DNA of 64,000 bases from Oscillospiraceae bacterium. Lineage in GTDB: Bacteria > Bacillota > Clostridia > Oscillospirales > Acutalibacteraceae. The notes beneath the pieces are model-generated. The model worked only from the letters and a program-made list of their open reading frames with translations. It was not told the DNA's origin and searched no databases. Numbering within the stretch: the stretch's first letter is position 1; every line of letters starts with the position of its first letter. Position numbers and translations under genes: made by a program. Location: NCBI GenBank assembly GCA_902787025.1, contig CADAER010000005.1, positions 417-64,416 of the forward strand. Direction: 5' to 3'. Below, piece after piece: positions 43,460 to 53,450 of the stretch.

Positions 43460-46400
43460 GAAGAATAATAAAGCATTCCGGCTTTTCGCTTCGGTGCTTT
43501 GCGTTCTGCTTGCTGTTACTGTCGGCACAGTCAGCTCACTTCAGCTTATAGCAAAGGCCACCGATACGGTTTATTACGTTGAAGATATAAAGATTTATGC
43601 GGGCGAAGGAAAAAAGAAGGCAAAAGAGTATTTTGAGAAAAACGGCTATATCCCCGCGAATATCGACCTTAATATCGACACGGACACGGGCAAGGACGCC
43701 TGGCTCGGTTACAAACTGACGACCAACAAAGATATGGCGATAACCGATATCCGCTTTATGGGTATGGATACAGGTTACCAGCTTTATGATTACGATGAGA
43801 TGCTGGAATATCTCAAAGCGCAGAACGCCGGCACGGCGCAGACTCTTTTCAATCTGTCGCAGGAGTTTTCGGAAAAATACAAAGCCGGCAGTCCGAGAGC
43901 GAGGGACGCTTATGAAGGACTCAATCTGTTCTGCGTGGACGACACGAAAAAGACGAAGCTCGGAGATTATATTCTCGCGGGAAGAGCGAACCTCGATTTC
44001 TTTACGCAGGTTCTTGTCAAAGCGGGCACCGGAACTCTCAACGCGGTTCTCGGTTTCCTCAATGTAGGCATTTCGCCCTATGAAAATGAGTATGACGAAG
44101 AGTCGGGCGAGCAGATTACATCCCCCTGGGCTTCGCTTATTTCAAAGAGCACTCTCTGGGAGAGATATGAGGCGGGTTTAAGCAGAGATGAAGAGGACGC
44201 GCTTCATCAACAGTATAACGACCTTGCCCGCGCTATTTTCAAGCAGATTCAAGACTTCACGGCTCTTTATCAGAACGCCGAGGCGAGGTTCAACGCGAAC
44301 GGCAACAAGTATGAAACCGACCTCGAAATGGACGACATGGAAGAGGCTTATGACAAGATGGACGATGTTGAGCTTGAAGACACCGATGCCATCTATCTTG
44401 CCTCATATGAGATGCTTAACTCTTACCCGTTGAACGAGGAAACAAAGCTCGGCGACTGGTTTATTTCAATCGGTCTGAAAACATCGGATGAAATAGATCT
44501 GAAGCAGCTTTATCCTCTTGTTGAGGCGATGGGTGAAAATCAGGCTGCCGCCGTCGCTGTCGGCGGACTGCTTTCCGCCATCAACAACCTCGAAGAAAAC
44601 GCGCAAAATGATGATTTCCGCAAAAAACTGCCCGAAGTCAGGGAGCAGATAAAGGAATACAACAACTCGGAATCCATGGAAATCTTTGAGAACTGCGACG
44701 ATGAGATTGAAGGCAAAACCATCGGCTTTACCAACGACGCGATACGCAAGAATCAGGCAAGTCTCTCGCTCGGCAAAACCAGCCGTTACGATAGAGTAAA
44801 AAACAAAATCAATGAAATCATAGGCTATGTCAATCTGGCTATGGGCGCCCTGTTTGTAGGCGTTACGGTGCTGGCCTTTGTCGCCGCCGCAGGTATTGTC
44901 ATTACAAAGATGGTATGCGGAACCTTTGTTCTAATGGCGGCGCTCAACTGGATGTTTATGGCTCTGTCATCGGTCTGCGCGGTGATCAACGCCGTAATGT
45001 TCTGGGCAGGTCCCATTGTTCTGGCTCTTACCATCGGCTTTATGATAGGCTGGTGGATAGGCGGAATGCTGCGTGAAAAAATCAAGAACAAATTCCACAG
45101 TGAAAAGCCGGACTTCGTTTTCGACGCGCCTGAGACAGTTCAGGGAGCGCTCAACCTTAAATACAGAAGCGTTCTTGATGACGATGGAGACGTGGCGGAT
45201 ATAAACCGCGGCAAGCAGTGGAAATGGACAATTATGGCATACACCACGGATATCCGTGTAGGCAGCCCGATCCGCGCAGATAAGGACGGAAACATTTTCA
45301 AACTGATGAAAGACAACCCGAATTTTGTCAACGGCTACGACTGCGCGAAGTATTTCGGTGAACGCAACGCGGGCAATGTCAACGCTTTCTGCGAGGACAG
45401 CGGTTATTTCTATCTGCATTACAGAACGGACGCTTCCATCGCGGCGGAAGGAAAATCATCTTCCGAAGACCCCGAATTCTATAATGAAGATGATGAAGAA
45501 AACGAAAATGAAAACGCCGGGGAAGAAACACCGAAGCCCGAAGAGAAGAGAAACTATCTCGGCGATATCATTGTCTGCATAGGAGAGAACACCGAGGAAG
45601 CGAAAGCGAAAATCACGGCTCACGCGGGCGGATTTTATATTCTTGACTACAATCTCTCCAAGGACAGGGAACACGCGACATATATAGGCTACTCGATAAC
45701 GACCAATCCCGATGACGCAATAACGGACCTTCGTGTTGCGCCTTACTGCGGTCAGACAATGTCGTTCAACTACGGCGATGTAAAATACACTTTTGCTCGG
45801 CGACGAGCAGACCAAGCCGCAGTCGGACGCGCTGTTTTTCACCCGCGACAAGAGAGCGGGCGACCCGATTCTCGCGGACGGTCTGTTCCCCGTTTCAGAC
45901 CCGAAGAAAGCGAAGGAAGGATGGACTCCGGTTTCATTTTTCGGCAGCGACCTGCCTTATAACTTTGACACGGACTACAAGATTATTTCAAGCACGGGAA
46001 TAAGTGAGAGCACTTTCGATTACAAAAGCGACCATCACAGCACGCACGCGATTTCCGGCTACAGATCCCAGGGCGACCACGATTTAAAGGATAAGCCCAA
46101 AATATATCTTTATTATGAATCCACGGTGAAATACACCGAGGGGACGGAATATCTTTCGGGCATTTTCTTTGCGGGCGGTTATGACACCACGAACAATAAA
46201 TACAGAACGGGTGAAATAGAGCACGATATTTCGGAAATGATCGAGTATTATATAAACACATTCCCGAATATTAATTGCGAGAAACCAAATCTGGCACAGT
46301 CGATTTCGGACAGATCATTCAAATCGATGATAGAAAATCAGTCCCTGTATCTGTTATATACATGGACATACAATCCGAAACGCGCCGTTTCGAATATTGC

Positions 46401-48399
46401 GGTTTATCAGGGCGACACATTCTCCGACACCCTGCCCTACTCAATTTCAAAGCCTCTTGACGGCATTCAGCAAAATTTCCTCGCCGCCACGGTTATTCAG
46501 CAGGGCTATCACGACAAGGGAACCGCGGTTGAGAGATACATCTGCCCTTACAACACCTATATGCGTTTTGACGGTATGGTTATTCTGGAAGGCAAATACT
46601 TCGACCATCTGAAAGCGAGTTACACAAAAGAGCTGCCCGAAGGTATAGACTTCGGCTACACGAACCAGAAGCTTCTGCCGACGAATCTGTATATTTGCGG
46701 TCCGACGGAAGGCAAAACGCCGCTCAAGCTTTCGGATGTTATCATCTCGGCGAAGGAATTCGCATATACCGAGGAAAACGGCAGGATAACATACACAATA
46801 CCCGAGGAAGAAAAAACCTCTCTCGAACACGGCACGGAAGAGGATTACAAGGCGATAGGCTGGAGATACTGGAGAGACGCCAGGCTGCCTGCACAGGGCA
46901 GTTATATGCCGATTGTTGAACTCAAAAACCCCAACAGGTTAAAGCCGTTCAATCTCTCATATCCAAGGGTATATGATGAAAATGACAAGCTCAGGACAAA
47001 GGGTTCGTCGATTTATATTTACATCCGCGGCGAAAAACAGGTAAAGGGCAAATACATTTCATCGCTTTCGGTCGGAAGCTTTTCCAGAAAGATTTATAAG
47101 GAATCGTTCCCGAAAGCGAGCAAGAAAGACCTCCAATCAGTGGATGAAATGACAGAAGGTCAGGCGATGATAGGCGCGCTGAGCGGCTGCTCGGATGAGA
47201 TTATCATAAGGAACATATCTTTGACCAACCAGAGCGACGCCTGGTATAACAGTTGTGCGAAAATGGGTTACAACGACACGGTCAAGTCATGCCTAGATGC
47301 GCCGGAGAACAAACCTGCCGCCTATGTAGGAGTCAGCAGAACAAACGATTCGAGCAAAGCGATTACCGGAGTTGTTTTTTATCAGCTCAATGATACCGTA
47401 GCACCTAATCAGCTGACGCTCGACAATGTGGATTACTACTGCGCGGGCGTAAAGGCGCCGATTGAAATGAACGGCAAGACATATTTCCTCTACTACACAT
47501 ACAACCGCGGCATCTCACCGGGACTTCCCATAGAGGATATCACAATAGACAGTATGCCGCTTCAGGCAGGCAGCGCGACAAATCTCTGTGCCGACGCCAA
47601 GCACACCAAGCCTTACGGAGACGCAGACCTGACGAATTTCATACATCTCAAATACAGCAAATCAAGCGAATTCTTCAATAAAATCTATATCGGTTCGGGC
47701 GAAACCAAGCGCGAAGCCATGGCGGAGCTGCTGTCTCAGGGCTGTGTCGAAATTATGGATATGGATATAAACACCGGTATCAGGGGCAAAACGATTCTTT
47801 TAGGCTACCGCACAAGTTCGGTTAACTGGGAAAAAATCAATTCAAAGAAAACGGACAGCGCGAAGCAGAAAGAGTATGACACCCAGACGCAGGAGGCAAT
47901 TTACGATATCATCGTTACCAGCGGCGAGCCGTGCCACGAGGAAGGCATAGTGCGGAACAACATTTATTACCATCTCGCGAGCAAGGAAGACCTCAACGGC
48001 TGGGAAGGTGAAGAACTCTATCTCTATTTCGCATCGCCCTACTATTCTTCGGAATACAACAAAACAAACAACGAGCATACGGATATGCCGCAGGATGTGT
48101 TTACGGGCTATATTTCGCACATCGCTCTCGCAGAAAGCGACAGGGTGCCTTACAACGCGTCGCTGTCTTCCACGACGGATACGGAAAGCAGCGCGCTTAA
48201 ATGGGAATATGTTGTTGACGGCGATGCCGCGCCCGTTGATCTCAACGCAGGAGCGGTCAGCTACTCTCCGCATCACGCGAAGGACATCCGCATATATATG
48301 TTTGCCCAGCGCAGTGACGGAAGCGTCAAGCCCGCAGGCGAAATAACAGGCGGATTTGTTGACAGCAAATATAATGTAGGCGAACTGAAATTCAAATGA
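43446..48399 (+). CDS. Large secreted MABP-like-repeat protein with a central hydrophobic segment; split by a +1 frameshift near 45790 (ORFs 43446-45962 and 45793-48399)
   Basis: Signal peptide; repeated DLN...LGY / AITD motifs continue across the junction (KYTF | LGDEQ...LFFTRDKRAGDPIL). Confidence 0.65.
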
Positions 48400-48415
48400 T
48401 AAGAGGAGAATTACT

Positions 48416-50746
48416 ATGAAAAAGACAATTATTATAATCACGGCGGTTCTTCTGGCTTTGCTTATGTCGGCGGTTATGCCCGCCCAGATTTTCGCGGATT
48501 CACTTCCCGAATACATAAGCGAGGTTAAAATCGGTATGGGCAAAACCCCCTCCGACGCGGAAGCGGCGCTTTCGGGCTATACAATTCTTTCTGCCGAAAA
48601 CGGCGGATATGTAAACCTCAATCAGAAAGCCGGCGGCGATCTTGGTTCCAAAGGCGAAAAGGCTGTTTATCTCGGTTACAAAACCACGACAAACAGAAAA
48701 GAGGCAATCACGGACCTTGCTCTTATGAATATGAAGGGCGGCTATTCCGTGCAGGATTATGAAGCGCTTATGGAAACCCAGCTTAAATCACAGATTGCTC
48801 CTTTCGTTGACAATTTCCTTTCGGCTATTGAGGAATACAGAGAAAACTACAATTCTTCTCTTGAATCAAACAAGGCGAGAGCGGAGTATATTCACGGTAT
48901 TCTCAACAATTTCACCGATGACGACTGCGGCGGCAAGGGCCTCGGCGACCTGCTTCTCAATGAAACGAAATATGAAATGGGTTTAAAGGCGTTCAACGCG
49001 CTTTCCGACGCAGACAAAGAGAATACCGATGTCATAAAGGAGAGCGAAAAGGCTTTTGAAAAGCTCTCCGACGAAGAAAAGAAAAACCACGCGGATATTC
49101 TCACTATACTGGCTCAGACAAACGGCAAAGTCACACTTATGATTGAAAACCTCATCACAAGAGCCTCCGACACGAACGAGGACACATGGATTGACCGTTT
49201 TTCGGCAACAACCTATGATGACCTGGAGGAAATGATGGATATGCTCCCGACGGACGCGGGAGCGGAACTTGCGAAGCTTTATGATGATGATGCTAAAAAG
49301 GTTCTGGCGCTTTGGGATGATTTCAGCGAAAATCTTTCGGGATATGACGCAGCCGTTAAATTCCTGAAATCATATAATCCGGATGAATACACAGACGCCT
49401 GCGAGGCGTATGAAAACATTGACAAAAACTCAAAAGAAGAAGAGAGCCTCGAAGTTCTCAACGAATTTGACAAGGCCGTCAAGAACTACAACAGATTTAT
49501 GGACGACACCCGGACCGTTTTGATTCACGACGCTCTTGACGGAATTGAATACGGTGAAGGAACGCTGCTTGATTTCTTTATGACACCTTACGATGAAATC
49601 AGCGAAGACATCCGTCAGCTCTACCCTCTTGTCGCTTCTCTTTCGGACGGTCAGAGAGCCGGTCTTGAGTTTGTTAACCTTATGGAATTCTGCTGTCTTG
49701 CGATAACGGATGAAAACGGTTATTCCGATGTTGAACTTGACAAAATCGAAAAGGCCTCCATCTATGCCGGTGTTGACCGCGACATATACAAGAAAGGCGG
49801 CGTTGCGCTCACAAGCGAAGCTCTCAGAGGAAAGGCTCTTCAGCAAGACGAAGACGAGGAATCCGTAAACAAGCTTGCCGTCATTTTCCTTGCCGCCGGA
49901 TTTGCTTCACTGGTCGGTCTTATAGGCTCGATTGCCGGATGGGCATACAATGCGAACATGTTCAACAGAGTGAATACAATATTCAACACCACGGGCGTAA
50001 ATCCGGTTTACAAAGTCATCAAGACAGATTTGGGCGGCGGATTTATAAACGAAGAATATGTTTACAGCGTTGATGTTTACGCGGCAAGAACCACGCTTTG
50101 CAAATTCCTGACAGCGGGTTTCACCATCGTTATGGTTGCCGCATACGCGGTCGGACTTTATCTCAGCTATAAAGAAATGGTTGATACTTATAAGGTTGAA
50201 TTCACGCCCATTCCCAACTATATGGTTGACGAGGCGGATATAACCGCATACAACGAAAAAGGTGAAAAGATAGTCATTAAAAATCAGAGCGCTTATTATA
50301 AAGCCGTTCAATGCAACAGAACCGAAAAAGACGAATTCTACGGCACTCTCGGCACCTGCGCGGATCTGAACGGCGATGTCGGAAAACAGTGGCTCGCTCT
50401 CTACGCCGCGAAAAACGAGGCGATGAAACCTATTCTCGCTTCATCGCTCAAAGTTGTTGTCGGCAATACAGACATTCCCGCCGGTTACGAAACGGGTATT
50501 CATATGTTCGGCAGCAGTTCGGCGTTCAACCTGAACAGCGAGCTCTATGACTGGAACAAGAGCGCTCCGAGCGTGTTTGTATATTTCAAGACGGACTCGG
50601 CGGCTGCCGCAAGCACATCCGGTTCAAACTTCACCGCGGGCAATTTAGCCATCGCGGGAGGCGCGGGACTCGTTCTCGGAGCGGTTATCTCCGCTCTGGC
50701 GGTATCTGCGGCAGGCAAAAAGAAGAGCAAAAAAGCTGTTGCTTAA
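48416..50746 (+). CDS. Membrane-anchored MABP-like protein with two internal hydrophobic helices (paralog A)
   Basis: Signal peptide; NLNQKAGG...VYLGYKTT..AITDL; ADLNGDVGKQWLALY; C-terminal TM helix plus Lys tail. Confidence 0.75.
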   Translation: MKKTIIIITAVLLALLMSAVMPAQIFADSLPEYISEVKIGMGKTPSDAEAALSGYTILSAENGGYVNLNQKAGGDLGSKGEKAVYLGYKTTTNRKEAITDLALMNMKGGYSVQDYEALMETQLKSQIAPFVDNFLSAIEEYRENYNSSLESNKARAEYIHGILNNFTDDDCGGKGLGDLLLNETKYEMGLKAFNALSDADKENTDVIKESEKAFEKLSDEEKKNHADILTILAQTNGKVTLMIENLITRASDTNEDTWIDRFSATTYDDLEEMMDMLPTDAGAELAKLYDDDAKKVLALWDDFSENLSGYDAAVKFLKSYNPDEYTDACEAYENIDKNSKEEESLEVLNEFDKAVKNYNRFMDDTRTVLIHDALDGIEYGEGTLLDFFMTPYDEISEDIRQLYPLVASLSDGQRAGLEFVNLMEFCCLAITDENGYSDVELDKIEKASIYAGVDRDIYKKGGVALTSEALRGKALQQDEDEESVNKLAVIFLAAGFASLVGLIGSIAGWAYNANMFNRVNTIFNTTGVNPVYKVIKTDLGGGFINEEYVYSVDVYAARTTLCKFLTAGFTIVMVAAYAVGLYLSYKEMVDTYKVEFTPIPNYMVDEADITAYNEKGEKIVIKNQSAYYKAVQCNRTEKDEFYGTLGTCADLNGDVGKQWLALYAAKNEAMKPILASSLKVVVGNTDIPAGYETGIHMFGSSSAFNLNSELYDWNKSAPSVFVYFKTDSAAAASTSGSNFTAGNLAIAGGAGLVLGAVISALAVSAAGKKKSKKAVA

Positions 50747-50758
50747 AGGAAAGATAAT

Positions 50759-53134
50759 ATGAAAAAATTTTCAATTATATTTACGGCGGTTCTGTTGGCG
50801 TTGCTCACCGCGGCGGTTATGCCCGCTCAGGTGTTCGCGGATTCTTTGCCCGAATACATAAGCGAGGTTAAAGTCTATCAGGGCAGTTACGCCGACGCAA
50901 AAGCGGAGGGCTTCACGATTCTCTCGGATGAAGAAGGCAAGCCCGTTGACCTCAATCAGGGCGCGGGAGCCACCGGAATGGGAGCAAAGGGAAACAAGAA
51001 GGTTTATCTAGGCTACAAGACCACGACAGACAGAGATGATGCCATAACTGACTTAGCTCTTATGAATATGAAGGGCGGCTATGATGTCGCGGAATATGAA
51101 GCGCTGATGGAAGACCAGATGAATCTTCAAATAATCCCCTTCGTGGACGGCTTCCTTACGGCTATTGAAGAATACCGTGAAAATTACAATTCGGGCAATA
51201 AAAACAATAAACAGAGAGCGAAATATATTCACGATCTTTTAAACAAGTTCACGGATGACGACTGCGACGGAGCGGGACTCGGAGACCTGTTTCTCAACGA
51301 AACCATTTATGAAATGGCAAAGCCTCAGTTTGACGCTCTTTCCGATAAAGAGAAGGAAAAAAATCCTCTTATCAGAATCAACGAGGAAGTGCGGGATTCT
51401 CTTCCCGAAAGCGAAAAGAACAAGCACGCCGATATTCTCACCATTGTTGCGCAGAGTAACGGCTCAACAATGATTGTGCTTGAAAATCTTCTCGCCAGAG
51501 CGGCAGACACAAACGATGACACCTGGTTTGACCGTTTTTCGGAAACAAATTATGAGGATCTTATAGAGTTCGAAGGCGGTTCCCCCGTCGACGCAGAGAT
51601 GTCTCTCGCGAGGCAGTATGAAGACGACGCGAAAAGAATTCTTGAAAAATGGGATGACTTTCAGGCAGAACTCCTCGACTATGACAATAATGTCAAAAAG
51701 GTTGAGGAATATGACGAAAACAGAGCAAAGCAAGTTACTCAGGCTGTTGAAAATATTGACAAAAACACAAGCGAAGAAGATATAACAAAGGCGCTTGTTG
51801 ACTATGCCAAGTGGCAGATTGAGAACGCTGTCTTCATCAAAAGCGTTATGAATGTGGTAACTTATGAGGTGCTCGCTGAAATCGATTATCTTGACGGCAC
51901 TATGCTTGATTTCTTCTCGATACCAAAAGAGGAGATAAAAGATGACCTGACGCTGCTTTATCCCATTGTCGCCTCCCTTTCGGATGGGCAGAGAGCCGGC
52001 CTCGATTTTCTTTCACTCAGGGACCTCTTTACGATTGCGCTGACAATTGCCGAAGGTTACAAGAGTATGGATATAAGCAACATTGAAACCGTATCGATTT
52101 ACGAAGGCGTTGACCGCGGTATTTACGAAAAAGGCGGCGTTGCGCTGACCTCCGACGCGTTCCGCGCGGATGCAATGGAAAAGATGATGAACGAGGATGA
52201 CGGTTCAATACTCAGCGCCTCCACAATCGCAATGATTGCAGTCACGGGCACGACATTTGCCGCCTTAGTTGCTTCGGCGACAAGCTGGGGCGTTCTCAGC
52301 TACAAAGCCCGGTCCTGGGAAAATTTCATTGACAACATAACAAGTGAGCATGCCTTAGAAGAGTTAAAAAGCCAAGGTATCACCATCTCACGCAGGGTGT
52401 ATGTCGGTGAAAGCCCTATGGGCGGTCCGGAATACAAAACTGTATTTATGAACGAAATATATGCGTCAAAAGCGGCGATTGCCAAGTATCTTACCATAGG
52501 CTTCACTATCGCAATGGTTGCTTTCACCGCAGTTTCACTATATCTTTCATACAGAGACATGAAAGCTCATTACAATGTCGATTTCACGCCCATTCCGCAC
52601 TATATGGTTGACAAGAAAGATATTGTCGTTTATGACGAGAACAACAACAGAACGATTCTCAAAAACCAGAGCGCATACTACAAAGCGGTTGAGTGCAACC
52701 GCAAGAAAGGCGACAGTAACTTTGACGACATAGACACCTGCGCCGATATGAACGGCTGCGTAGGCAAGCAGTGGCTCGCGCTTTACGCACAGAAGAGCGA
52801 TGTAAGTTCACCGATTCTCGCGTCATCACTGAAGGTTGTTGTCGGCGACACGAACATTCCCGCCGGTTATGAAACAGGTATTCATATGTTCGGCGGAGAC
52901 ACCGCGTTCAACCTGAACAATGAGATTTTCTGCTGGAACAGCAGCGCAAAGAGCGTGTTTGTATATTTCAAGGTTGATACCTCGACATCCTCTTCGGCAA
53001 GCACGGCGGGTTCGAACTTTACAGGCGGCAATCTCGCCCTCGCGGGTGTCGGCGGACTCGCCCTGGGCGCGTTGGTTTCGGGAACCGTATCGGTATTGGC
53101 AAACAAGAAAAAGAAAAAAGCGAACGCTGCGTAA
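50759..53134 (+). CDS. Membrane-anchored MABP-like protein (paralog B)
   Basis: Colinear with 48416-50746, sharing long identical blocks (FADSLPEYISEVK, AITDLALMNMKGGY, IPAGYETGIHMFG). Confidence 0.75.
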   Translation: MKKFSIIFTAVLLALLTAAVMPAQVFADSLPEYISEVKVYQGSYADAKAEGFTILSDEEGKPVDLNQGAGATGMGAKGNKKVYLGYKTTTDRDDAITDLALMNMKGGYDVAEYEALMEDQMNLQIIPFVDGFLTAIEEYRENYNSGNKNNKQRAKYIHDLLNKFTDDDCDGAGLGDLFLNETIYEMAKPQFDALSDKEKEKNPLIRINEEVRDSLPESEKNKHADILTIVAQSNGSTMIVLENLLARAADTNDDTWFDRFSETNYEDLIEFEGGSPVDAEMSLARQYEDDAKRILEKWDDFQAELLDYDNNVKKVEEYDENRAKQVTQAVENIDKNTSEEDITKALVDYAKWQIENAVFIKSVMNVVTYEVLAEIDYLDGTMLDFFSIPKEEIKDDLTLLYPIVASLSDGQRAGLDFLSLRDLFTIALTIAEGYKSMDISNIETVSIYEGVDRGIYEKGGVALTSDAFRADAMEKMMNEDDGSILSASTIAMIAVTGTTFAALVASATSWGVLSYKARSWENFIDNITSEHALEELKSQGITISRRVYVGESPMGGPEYKTVFMNEIYASKAAIAKYLTIGFTIAMVAFTAVSLYLSYRDMKAHYNVDFTPIPHYMVDKKDIVVYDENNNRTILKNQSAYYKAVECNRKKGDSNFDDIDTCADMNGCVGKQWLALYAQKSDVSSPILASSLKVVVGDTNIPAGYETGIHMFGGDTAFNLNNEIFCWNSSAKSVFVYFKVDTSTSSSASTAGSNFTGGNLALAGVGGLALGALVSGTVSVLANKKKKKANAA

Positions 53135-53143
53135 TCAGCTGAA

Positions 53144-53171
53144 AATCCCTGAGCCTTATGGCTCAGGGATT
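53144..53171 (+). terminator. Terminator-like hairpin ending the surface-protein operon
   Basis: aatccctgagcc-ttat-ggctcagggatt. Confidence 0.75.
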
Positions 53172-53450
53172 CTTGATAAATGGGAAGATTTTTTTGGGGG
53201 TATCGGCATTAAACGTCTTTTTTGCTTTAAAAGATATTTCAAGAGGTCTTTGAATGTCAAATTATTTACTTTTTGTTTGGAATAATGTATAATTAATAAA
53301 ATTTGTTTTTTATTAAAAAATATAAGGCGGTGTTCGACCATATGGCAAAGGTAACCGGCCTGATTTATGGTTTATAATCCTGCGGACTGCTAAGTAACAA
53401 GGGATTTTCTTTTACTCTTAAATATAAAATATGAATCGGAGGTGTTCTCC

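Noticed and set aside
53325-53410. c-di-GMP-I riboswitch-like words (GCAAAG, CCGGCCT)
   Set aside because: Could not build the two conserved stems or GNRA loop by eye; an Infernal search would be needed.
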